Shown: positions 40,101 to 52,600 of the stretch, piece after piece
How positions within the stretch are numbered: position 1 is the stretch's first letter
How the letters are laid out: every line of letters begins with the position of its first letter
NCBI RefSeq assembly: GCF_963921235.1
Contig: NC_086109.1
Coordinates: 23,064,001 to 23,128,000 of the forward strand
Direction of reading: 5' to 3'
Length of the DNA stretch: 64,000 nucleotides
Source: Mobula hypostoma
Lineage: Eukaryota
The notes under the pieces: model-generated
Told to the model about the DNA's origin: nothing
Databases searched by the model: none
What the model saw: only the letters and a program-made list of their open reading frames with translations
Translations under genes and position numbers: made by a program

Positions 40101-43100
40101 ACCCAGAAATTGACTGTTTTTCAGTACCCCAGGAATGGGACCACGATGTCCATCTGCAAGTTTAGTCCCATTACATCCCCAGCCCAGGTCACCGGGGTTG
40201 AAGAAGTTGCAAGGATTGGAGTTGCTGGGGATTGTTGTCGTTCTCCTCCGCACCTTGCGGCGCACCGGGCCGTTTCTTTAGCGTCTGTGTTTTGTTTTTG
40301 CGAGGCCAAGTTGCCAGCTCAATACTAACCCCAGCATGCACAGGTGGACCGGATTCGAACGTGGGCCCATTCGCCTCAAAGTACGGTACTGATGCCACTA
40401 CACCACCGGCCGGCAAGTGCGAGGGCTTAGGGAATGATAAAAGGGTCCCAACACAGCCCTATGATGTGAAGGACTTATTTGTTTTAGGACTGACTAACAA
40501 TGATTGCTTCTAGGATAATTTTCTCCACAATGGTAAATGGCGCCACATATAAAAAATGCAGAACCAATATCAAGCATGCAGGGTGACTTTGCCAGAGGCA
40601 CCTAATTGAATTTTGGACTAACATCAACCAATCCAGAAATGTTACCAGAAAAAAGTAATTTTCAAATGCGGAGAAAAGCAAGGTGATTCTATTTAAATAA
40701 CTATTGAAGCCCAACTTGGAGCTTTATGACCAATTCTGGACACCATACTTTGGAAGTCCAAAGATAGTACTAGAAAAGCATCAGTTATGTAGAGACAGTG
40801 GTGAGCTAAGCTTATTTTTCTTTTAGTAAAGAAGATAAAAAGGAGATATGATGGAGATTTAAAAAATCATGACATACATTACTTTGAACAATTACAGGGT
40901 TAAGTAAAAAAGGGCAGAGAAATGAAATTAACTAAGTGTTTCACTGTCAGAATTAATACGGGCCAAACAGCGTCCTTGACTGTTTTTCTCTTTATCATCC
41001 CACGGTTCAGCCCTCCACTTACCGTGCCTGCTGATAAAACGGATGCAACTCTCCACCACCAGGGGAATGATGTGGCTTCCATCCTAGAAACCAAAGAAAG
41101 GAATTCTCAGCGGGGGCTGGTAAATCTCACAGAAAATCATCCCGACCTTTACAGCTCTCTTAAACCCTTCACAAACACCTTTCCACAAGCCTGGAATTAC
41201 TCCAAAGAGTGAGAAGTATCTTGAGTACTACCCAGTTTCTTTACAGGATTTACTGACCCATTTGTTTTCCCAAATGTACAATATTTTAATGTTATTATTT
41301 CCAAGCAGTCTGCTTGAGTAAGCACGTCACAGACTTAGTGAGGCTTAGTTTCCCTCTCACATTCATCGTCAAGACAGCCAGGAAAATCACATGTAGCAGT
41401 GATTGTAGTAATATGTCACTATTTCTACATGACTGATGTCTAACCTCTCACCACAATATTTCTTGCCTCTATTTTGCTGTGAATGCAGTCTGTCCTCCAC
41501 TGAACTTTCTTACATTGTTCCTCCATTGTCCAAATCCTTTCTTACACTCAGTATTACATTTCTCCCTCCTATTCTCTCTGCGCTGCGACGAAGACATGAC
41601 ACTCTCAACTTTGACTCATTGACTCCCAGAATGTCAAAACTACAGCAAATCTTCATTCACCTGATCTTTCCTCCCACTTACGACATACCACTATAACTGA
41701 CCTTGTATCAACCTATGCATTCATTTTAAGTTTACATCAACTTCACAGCCCCATGACACTACCCTTCCCCCACCCCGCTGTCTTAGTCGAATCATCACAA
41801 TGCTTGATCCTGAGTGAAGAAGAATTCTTCCTTCATGACCTTCCCAAACCTCAAGGACACACGTTGGTAGCAAGTTATGAACTTTAATTCTAAGACAGGC
41901 TGTCCTTGGGTAACAAACGGGTTCTATTATTACACAGGCATATTAGTACATTTGTCCATGTTGGAAAATACACAAAATCACTAGATATAGTAACCATACT
42001 TCCATTGAATCACATGATACTGATACCAAATAACTATTGTTGGGGATACACGGGGGGGGGGAGGAGGGGAGGGGAAGAGGAGATCAAGAGAAAGCAAACC
42101 AGACAGTGAGCATGAGAGAGAACAAGGAAGGGAGAGCGAGGGTGAGAGGCAGTGAGGGAGAGGGAGCAAGAGAGGGAGAGTGAGGGTGAGAGCTAGCGGG
42201 GAGGGGAGAGTGGGAGTAAGGGGGACTGGGGGAGCGGGGAGGGTGGGGGAGGGCAGAGTGGGGGTGAGGGGGAGGGGAAGAGTGGGAGTAAGGGGGAGTG
42301 GGGGAGCGGGGAGGGTGGGGAGGGAGAGAGAGCGCGGGGGGAGAGAGCATAGGGAAGAGAGAACGGGAGGGAAGGAGGGAGAGCGCGAGGGAGGGTGAGA
42401 GAATGAGGGAGAGAGCTAGAGAGATAGAGAAGGCTTGTACATCATTGCCCTTTGCACAGCTGAGTGTTTTGCCAGTACTTATTACGCATCTTTCATAAGA
42501 AGGCGCGCTTAGTTACTTTATGAACTAAGATAAATGATTACTTGATGGCAGCTGGATACAAACTCCCAAGGAAGTGGAATGGAAGGAGCCACTTTAGGTT
42601 TTACAAAATAGCTTCTCCACATGCCCATGACTAGTGTGGAAATAAACAGCTTCAGAATGATACTCCAGACAGAACATGCGTGAGTCCTGACTATCCAAAG
42701 ATTGGACATGTGCCTGGATTTCTTGAGGCCAGACTTGTGGGATGAAATCTTAACCTGAGACATCCAGGCAGCCTTGACACCAGATGTGTGTTCCACAATG
42801 GACTTTCCAGCAGACAGGTTTCAGTAAGCCATATGCATCCGAGGAATGATTAGTGAAAACAGTCCAAACAACAAAAAGAGCCATTGCTGCAGTTACCTGT
42901 TTCCTCACACTGGAGTTCCGCCGCCCGCTGAACACAATATGGTGAGGAAAAAAGAAACAAAATATTAAATACAGCAAGGTAAACGCTGAACACAATTCTG
43001 GAGGGTTAATGACTACAGAAACGCAATGGTAACAAATCAAAATCTAGTCACTGCTGTGTAGGTCCTGTTAACGAACCAGCTTATTCTTTGATAATCCTAC

Positions 43101-46100
43101 AAGCAAAATCTGGAGCCACGATTCCAAATGAAGTAGACTTACACAGTTGCTACCATGACTACAGGAAGAGTCAACGCTAGTTCGATAGAATTTCATTCAA
43201 GCAGGCCAATATGTTAAGACGTCCAAGGTGGATGGCAGCTTGCCGGGTACTTCCGCGCCACCAGCTGGCTTTTCCACCTTTGGCTTACAACAAGAGGCAA
43301 AGGAAACACAGAAGAAAGCACTGAGAATCTCCCTTGTGTGCAGTGTTTCCAGGAGAAAGGGGCATAACAGTCAGCATGCCAATAAGATCCACTACGTGCC
43401 CAGACTCTTTCTTGCAGAAGATAAAGGCTGATTAATCCTCAGTAACAGGGCTGCCGACCTTCACACAGAACTGGGCCTTCTCATCTTAAAGGTAGTTTTT
43501 AAGCCTTCCAGTTTCCATTCGTTAATCACAACAATTGTTAACTTGGCAGCACGGATATTAAGGAAAATAAGAAAACTATAGGAGTGAGAAGCCATACAGT
43601 TATAACAATTAGACCCACCTGGCAATGGAACAATCTGTTCTCTGACCTAAAATGGAAGGAGGGAGGAGAAAAACACGGAAATTTTAGTAGCACATCGTAA
43701 AAATGTTGTAAATTACTGATAAACCGGTCAGCATTAAGGAATGAGATGGACAAGCACACTGTGGGCCTCTAATCCAGACCCCCTGAAGTCTAAGTAGAAA
43801 TGGCAGTAATTCAGATGATTTGTGCAACTTTAAAACATATTTACCAGCAAATTTACCAGAATGGTGCCTGGGATGGAACATTTCTGATATGTGGAGAGTT
43901 TGGAAAGGCTGTCTTTTATTCCCTCCTTATATGAGAAGAAGTCAAGACAGCCCTTAAAGAGGTGTACAAAACTATGCAGGACATAGAATGGGTGGACAGT
44001 GAGAAACCTACCCTCATAAGAGAGGTTGTCTAAGACCAGAGGAAAGGTTTAAGATGAGAGGAGGGGATCTGAGGAACTTTTTTCCCCAATTACAATTTGG
44101 AACACACTGCCTGAGGAGGTGGTGGATACAGGCACTCTCACAACATTTATAAACTATCTGGATGGCCACTTAAGTCTCCAGATCCTATTTGACCATGAAG
44201 GGAGTGCTGGTAATTGGGTCTGTATAGTTGGACACTCTATCTGTTTCTGTGCTATGTGAATCTGATAATGTGGTCCTCGAGGGCCTGTAGTTCGCTGTTT
44301 GAGGCCAATGATACAAAAATGAATAAGGCAAGACCTCTAATAAACAGCAGTAAATCACTAGAGTAGCCCCAGAAGCTAATTCTCCATAATTTCCCAATCC
44401 TTCAAGTGTTGTCTCAATTTTCCTAAAATACTCTCTGCGTGGGCTATCGCAAACACTCGCCATCCTGTGCCCCGTGGAAATCTAAAGTCTGCATTTACTC
44501 ACTCCTAAGCCTAAATCCTGGCTTTGAAAGCTGTTACAATACTGGGGATGATTACGCATGGTAAAAGCATTATTACTATCTGGTTCAGACAAAGGAAAGT
44601 GGAGATATTAAGCATCAGGCTTTGGGTTGCTCACAGCTTCATTTTATTGAGTCGTATTGGCAACTATTCTCTTTCTTCCACATGGAGTCTAGTTCTTGTT
44701 AAATGTAGACCAAACATTTATAAGAAGAAGGCCTTTAAAAAGAGCTGAGTTCAAACACAGCCCTCTCTCCCCACAATGAAAACCCCCACCCCACCACCAT
44801 CATGCCTCAAGGCCCTTCCCAACACAGTGATGCACATAATGTCAACTGTGCAACAGAGGAACTCTCTTTCTGTAGCGCTATCTTTCCACCTCCTCTCCAC
44901 TTACAAGGTTCTTGGACTACCCACTACTGTAAATGAACTAGATTAAAATGTAGATCCATTATCAGAAAATAATGCTCTGAGTTTTTCAATTGATACTTAC
45001 GACTTAAGTGTTAGCTTGGTTACTTCCTCTCTCACTCTGAAAATGGCTGGCTGTTCTGCTGGTTTTGAGCTGCCTCTGAATCAGTGTAGACACTCAAGAT
45101 CAACAGACACAAAAGGCAGCAAGATGCCAGCTGGCAATCTACTAATTCCGGAATTGTCACCACAGAGTACTGCATCTGCTCAATTATTCCTGCCCATGCC
45201 ACTCTGAATGTATGACCCCATCTCCTCACTATCACCACTCACAACTTTAAACCCTCTCGACAGGAAGAGTTGCTCAATATCCTAACAGAAGTTTTTATTT
45301 TTAAAGCTTCAACAGTTAAAAGATCGTAAGTCAAGTTCCAGGTTACACATGACAATAAGTTTTATGAGGAGATTGGGAACTGATGACCAACATCTTACTC
45401 AAAGGGTCGGATTTTCTGGATTGGTTTAAAGGAGCGAGGCAGAGAGGATTAAGAAGTGAAAAACAAAGTTTAGGGCAACTTCACTTGAAGGTATGCTTAT
45501 CACCGTGTGAAAACATGAGCAGACTTCAAAAAGCACTAAAATCTCAAAATCCTCATGGCTGGAAGTTACAGAGACAGAACGGAATAAAGCTACTGGTCAG
45601 TTTAAAAACAATTCAATTAAGTTTAAGTTCAAGAGATTTCAAAGCCTGGAACCAGCGAGAAATAAATGCCAGTTGGTACAAGTTCGGAGATGGAAAGTAG
45701 AATTTTCTATCAGTTCAGATTTATAGATGAGGGTGGCCTGGGCAGCATGAGAATAGTCAAACCTGAAGCAAACAAAGGATTCAGCAGCAGATTAACTAAT
45801 CCCAATCGGAGGGTCTGAGTATTCTCTGAGACACCTTTTGCTCTTTAGCTTGGGCTATTCATTTTGAAAAATTCAGAATAATACCTCATTTGTATTAACC
45901 AACTCAAGAACTACCTTGAGACCTTTACCCAATGGATGCAGGGACACCAAGGATGATGCAAAAATGATTCACAAAGATGATTTCAAAACTCTGCAGTTCT
46001 AACTACCTGGAAGGATTTTATTTTCATGAAACGGTTCAGTGATGCTACAATGAAGGTCATTAAAATTATGAACTGATAAATAACTGAGATATGCAAAAGA

Positions 46101-49100
46101 AGTTTTCACCTGGTCAGAGCTGTACCAGGCAACTGCTAATTCAGCAAAAACCCTGCTTGCTTGAAAAGAGGGAAGACTGTGGAAATGTTCTCACAACGTG
46201 TAGTTGAGGAGATTATTGTAGATGTAATGAAGGTGAACCTAGTTACATACAAGAGCGGGAAAGAAATGGCAATAAGATTGACTGAAGTAGATTCTGTGTA
46301 CAGCTTAAGTTCTAGATTGTTAGCATTTGAGTTGAATGTCATGGTACTCCGCTGTAAATTCTATCTGATAGTGCCTTTTAATATGCACAGTGGGCTATAG
46401 GGGGTGTATGTCTGTAAAGTTAGTGAAGCAGCTGAGTTAAATTTCACATAAACAGAAACACTCAACAGTGAAAAGTTCAAACTGAAGGACAAGGTGGTGC
46501 AAGTCAGAAACATGAACGTATAGATTAAACAACTTGCTGCACACTCCCCACGCTACTTCTCAGTGTCAGCAGACGGAGATGTATTGAGCTCAGCAGGGCA
46601 AACCTGGATCGGAAGCAACTAGGGTGGAAAAATCTGGGATCACATCAGAAGCCAAGCACCATCTCAGCAGATGGCAGGTGTGTGACTCAGAAAGGACCTC
46701 TCATAACAGATTTTTCACCCCTTTCTCTCCTTCACATTATGTTCCTGGCTTTTTGCTTCACAGCTTTATTTCTGGAAAAAGGGTATCACAAGAACGTTAG
46801 TTCTGTTGGCCAGTATGGTGTACCCCCATATGGAATACTGCACGTGGCAAAGGGGCTGTCTTGATGACTTTACTGTACAAGGGTTTGCCACAGACAGCCT
46901 AATTAAGAGATTATGATCTCAGCTGTTCAGTACAATGATAAGCAATTGATTCATCCACTGAACTCAACTATAACGGGAAGGAGTTAACTGTTAAAAAAAA
47001 TGCATCTAGAGAAGCAGATTTTGTGAAAGCATTTAAAGTGCCAATGAAAAATTCTAAACAGAACATGCCAGGGACACTCAGCAGGTCAGGAAGCTTCTGT
47101 GGAAAGAGAAAGAAAAGCAACCATTCCACACCAGAAAAGAGAGAATACAAGTTAGTTTTTAGTTGCAGAGAAGTCTGGGGAGGAATGAACACTTCCCTCC
47201 GTCACCTTCTCTTCTACTAAAAACTATCTCTTTTGCATTTCTGATGAACGATGTTTGATCTGAAACATTATTCAGTTCTTTCCCCATTCATGCTGCCCGA
47301 CTTGCCGAGTGTTTCCAGTATTTTCAGCTTTGTTTCAGATTTCCAGCATCTGCAGTATTTCTGATTTTCATGAGGAACTCCAATTGTAAAATATGATGGA
47401 TTCTGAACATCCTAGTTTTAGTTCCTTACCAATAACATTTGAAACAAATAATCCTCCCATTTTCAATCTCGGTCTTGTTTACTCAACATTCAAAAGACAG
47501 CATGTAATCTCTCAAGAAACATGAGGCTTGTTCTTTTCTGGAATGTTCCCGGATAAGGTTCAAGGTTTCAATCTCTCAACATCTAGTTTTTGTGCTTGAG
47601 CAAAGAGTGTTTTTAGAAGTCTAACTAAGTAACATAATTCTGTGTTAAGCTTCATGAAATGTAAGAGAAAATTTACAAGGATATTGCCGGGACTTGAGCT
47701 GTAGGGAAAGATAGCATAGGTTCGGACTTCATTCCCTGGAGTGTAGGAGAATGAGAGGAGATTTGATAGAGGTATATAAACTTATGAGGAGTACAGACAG
47801 GGTAAATACAAGCAGGCTTTTTCCACTGTGGTTGTGTGAGACAAAAACTAGAGGTCATAGGTTAAGGGTAAAAGGTGAAATGTTTAAGGGGAACCTCTTC
47901 ACTCAGAGGGTGGTGCAAGTATGCATCAAGCTGCCAGCAGAAGTAGGGGATGCAGGTTTGATTACAACATTTAAGAGAAATTTGGGTAAGTACGTGGATA
48001 AGAAGGGTATGGAGAGCAATGGTTCAGGTGCAGGTCAACAGGATGAGGCAGAGTAACAGCTCACCATGGAGTAGATGGGCTGAAGGGCCTGTTTGTGTGC
48101 TGTGGTACTCCATGAATCATTGGAAGCTTGATTCAGCTTCCAATGTTCCTATGGTGTACAAAGGCAAACCTTACTAGATGCCACAGGGTGTTTATTAGAA
48201 GATTAGTTTTTATAAAACAGAATATTGGAAGGAAAGCAGAGCAGAGACAGCAAAATCCAGGAGGTGACCCAAACAGTCTGACTTAAGTGAAATTGGCTGT
48301 AAGCCCAGCTATGACTAGCATCTCCAAAGTAAAACTCATTTTGATTCTTTTAGATAAATAGCAGTTAGATAAATAGGGACAATTTTAGAGAGTTTAATCC
48401 CATTTACAGCTAAAAAGCTCCATGATGCTAATCTAGTCATCTCTTACATTGAAGGGGAGAGAATATTTCCAACCAAAACATCAGATCTATTATTTGGACC
48501 TAATACTCTGAATACAAAATTACAAGTATTCTGAAGTTATGTACATATACATTTCAATTGTTGCCTGTATTTTGGTTGCAGTGGAGGCTGTGACACTAAT
48601 CAGAACAATCAAATCAATGCCACGTAATGTTTCAACACAGAGCCTTTGAACTTCGCATTTTGCTGAAAGATTAAAGAGTATCCAATTATCTTAGAGATTT
48701 GAACGAAGGAATCGAGTTTTAATAAGACACGGACTAAATTATACTGAACAGACTTCACACTGCCACTGATGGGCTGATTACAAAGAGGATTAAGAATATT
48801 TGCTTACTTTCTCCCAAAGTCTTTTGCAGAAGGTCATGTTTTGCTTGCAGTTTGGTGATCAGGTTTCTGCCTTCAAAATACTCTTTCAGTTTCTATGAAA
48901 AAGAACAGGAAATGGTAGTGAACTACCACAAAAACAGCAAATGATTTATAGCGCCCTCCATTTTAAAATTCACTCTGCTTACGATCTGCAAATTGCATGG
49001 ATATTGTTCAGGGCACCCCCGATTGGCCTTGTGCTCCAATATAGCAAGAAGCAAACAGTAAAGTGAAAAATTGAAGGCAAAAAGCTGAACTCACGGAAAG

Positions 49101-49580
49101 GAACACACAGGCCTAAAACCCCCGGAGAGAACAGGTGCTGGAATCCATGCAGAGGGAAGAATAGATTCCACCCATCTCTACCCTAGCCCAAGGACAGTAC
49201 TCTGTTTAGGAAAGTAGCTTTAAGTCTGAAATTCGGAGGGAAAAGCATTGTCACCAGCCGATGGAGGTGAACCAACAGGCCAGTGCTCATGGATGGTATG
49301 TGGACACCCAATCCATGTGAACGATGCAAAGGCCCAAACCAATGAATGGGACGCACAGTCTCCGTTCACAGGGGGCCCCACTCTTGAACAACAGCACACA
49401 GGCTGCGTTCCATGGAGAGGGAAGCAGAATGTCCAAATCATAGAGGGGAAGAGGAATACAATCCACAGAAGGAGATTCAAAAGTCCCAAGTCAAAGCAAG
49501 GATACACAAACCCTCAACCTTTGACGAGGAACACACAGACTCCAAAACCATCTGATGGCAGGTAGTGATGCAGAGATTCC

Positions 49581-49619
<39 letters not shown>

Positions 49620-52600
49620 TGTGGGGGGGGGGGAGGAGAGAGAGAGTGTGGGGCGGGGAGAGGAGAGAGAGAGAGAGAGAAAGTGTGTGTGTGTGTGTGT
49701 GTGAGTGAGAGAGAGAGAGAGTGTGTGTGAGGGGGAGAGAGAGTGTGTGTGTGAGGGGGGAGAGAGTGTGTGTGAGGGGGAGAGAGAGAGTGTGTGTGAG
49801 GGGGAGAGAGAGTGTGTGTGTGAGGGGGAGAGAGAGAGTGTGTGTGAGGGGGAGAGATTGTGTGTGAGGGGGAGAGAGAGAGTGTGTGTGAGGGGGAGAG
49901 ATTGTGTGTGAGGGGGAGAGAGAGAGTGTGTGTGAGGGGGAGAGAGAGTGTGTGTGAGGGGGAGAGAGTGTGTGAGGGGGAGAGTGTGTGTGAGGGGGAG
50001 AGTGTGTGTGAGGGGGAGAGAGAGAGTGTGTGTGAGGGGGAAGAGAGAGTGTGTGTGGGGGAGAGAGAGTATGTGTGAGGGAGAGAGTGTGTGTGAGGGG
50101 GAGAGAGAGAGAGTGTGTGAGGGGGAGAGAGAGAGTGTGTGTGTGAGGGGGAGAGAGAGAGTGTGTGTGTGTGAGGGAGAGAGAGTGTGTGTGTGTGTGA
50201 GGGGGGAGACAGAGAGTGTGTGTGAGGGGGAGAGAGAGAGAGTGTGTGAGGGGGAGAGAGAGAGTGTGTGTGTGAGGGAGAGAGAGTGTGTGTGTGTGTG
50301 TGAGGGGGGAGACAGAGAGTGTGTGTGAGGGGGAGAGAAAGAGAGTGTGTGTGTGAGGGGAAGAGAGAGAAAGTGTGTGTGTGAGGGAGAGAGAGTGTGT
50401 GAGGGGGAGAGAGAGAGAGTGTGTGTGATGGGGAGAGAGAGAGTGCGTGAGGGGGAGAGAGAGAGTGTGTGAGGGGGAGAGAGAGTGTGAGTGTGTGAGA
50501 GAGNNNNNNNNNNNNNNNNNNNNNNNNNNNNNNNNNNNNNNNNNNNNNNNNNNNNNNNNNNNNNNNNNNNNNNNNNNNNNNNNNNNNNNNNNNNNNNNNN
50601 NNNNNNNNNNNNNNNNNNNNNNNNNNNNNNNNNNNNNNNNNNNNNNNNNNNNNNNNNNNNNNNNNNNNNNNNNNNNNNNNNAGCAGAGAAGGAGAGAGAG
50701 ATAGAGACAAAGAGGGAGAGGGGAGAGGGGAGAGGGGAGAGAGAGACAGACAGACAGACAGACACTCAGAGGATCTAACTCATGGTGGGATACTGTACAT
50801 GGGCAATCTATGGTGCAAGCTCGAACCCAAGGAGAGAGACATACATGTCCCAACTCATGGATGGGAATGAGAGATATCACTCCATGAAGATAAACACGTA
50901 TTTCCTTATGAAAGAGAAGGAAGCCACTTTGTCCTTCAAGTCTGTACCAGGCCACAGTGTAACTCTATCCTCCACCATTGTTTTTCCCTGTAATCTATTC
51001 TCCCCATCATCTCCACCCACTCCCCACACCCAATCCTTCCTTTCACCTTTACACACAGAAGGGGGCGACATGCAGAGATAGAACTGGACACGGGCTGCAG
51101 TAGTTCTGTTGGCTGTGTCACTGCTACGCAACTTTGTGTAAGTGATCATTCCCAGGAAAGTAAATGGCTGCAAGAGAAAATCGGCACCACAAACATTGCC
51201 TCCATGACACCGTACCGTGAAGTAGAACTGCTCTGTCTCTTGCTGATTGGCTCGCCTCTTGGCAATGCTGGGTTTGCTCATGAAGGTTTCTGAAAGAGTG
51301 GATTTGACTGACTCTGTGGAGTTTGTGTACTGGAAGCAGTCACCCACATCAAAGTCTTCAATGGTGACAATGTCCTGAATTGTTTGTAGTGTGGCTTCCA
51401 TGGTCTTCTTCACCTGTAAAGACAAACCAAGTGAATTCATTAATGCAAGAAAATCCATTGTAAACTTAGCAAAAGCCTACAACTGGATAAGAGTCAGTCC
51501 GAATATGCAGTCATTCAAAGTTATTAATTCTTTCATTTTTAGCATTTATCACTTATTATTTACATTCATGGGTTGGAAATAGGGGTGGTTACACCCCAGG
51601 GTTAAAGACTATATGTTAAGCTTGGTATGAATCTACTAAGTGCTCAAGATATCAGAAACGAGTCAGCAACTGTGGGAGAGGTACGAGTGAGTTGGAAACA
51701 AACTAATCTGACTACTTTCAATACTTCTGAACAAACAAACCAGGGTAGGTGTAGACCAAATAGTAAATGCCAAGAGTCAATATCAAAGTGGCCCAGTCGG
51801 AGGTAACCAACATAGTTTCCTTAAAAGTAGATCCTGTCTGACCAAACTCTTAAATATTTTTGTGGAAGTGACTTCAAAAGTGTACACTGGAAAGTTTAGA
51901 TATAGCGAATGTACTTTTCCATGACATTCAACGTGAATGGTTTCTTCACATATTTAAGGCAATGGATGTGTGGGTAAAACAGGAAGGTGGTCACAAATAT
52001 TGAAAGAAGGAAGCAAATGATTTTATAGGCCAGAGAGACGTGCTGAATGGAGGGTACCCAGAGGTCAAAGTTGAGTGACATCATTAGTAGAATTATCCCC
52101 ACAATACTGCTTAATACATCTCCCCACGTGGAATGTAATATTCAGTTCTGCCTTCTGCATCATAGTAATGACGTATTGACCTTAGAGGGCTTGTGACAAA
52201 ATTCACCAGATACCAGAATGATAATAAGGCTTAAAGGCTAAATTAAGAAAACAATTCCTTAAATCTGGCATGTTGCTCTTTGAGTTTAGAAGATTGCTGA
52301 AATTTTTTATTACAAAGAAATCATTTCTTGAGGTTGAATTAAGCAAGAAGGGACATAATCTTAAAATAAATGCAAGACTGTTGAGGACAGAAATCATGAC
52401 ATACCTATACTTTTCCACATAATTGGTATTAGGAGTTTTATGTATTGTCATGCTAACACGGTGGATGGTGAAAGTCAACTGAGAGACTGAGACTGATCAG
52501 CGTTTTGTTAGTAAAGGCCAATAAAGGAATGGAGTTTCAATAGAGTCGGGATATAGATCAACTGGGATCTAATTGATTGTTGGAACAGATTGGAGAAGCT

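Noticed and set aside
40340-40414. tRNA gene
   Set aside because: A and B boxes are present but there is no convincing cloverleaf, and it runs into a SINE body and tail
49477-50955. Long ORFs (398-492 aa) and overlapping plus-strand ORFs
   Set aside because: Translations of a stop-free microsatellite across an N gap
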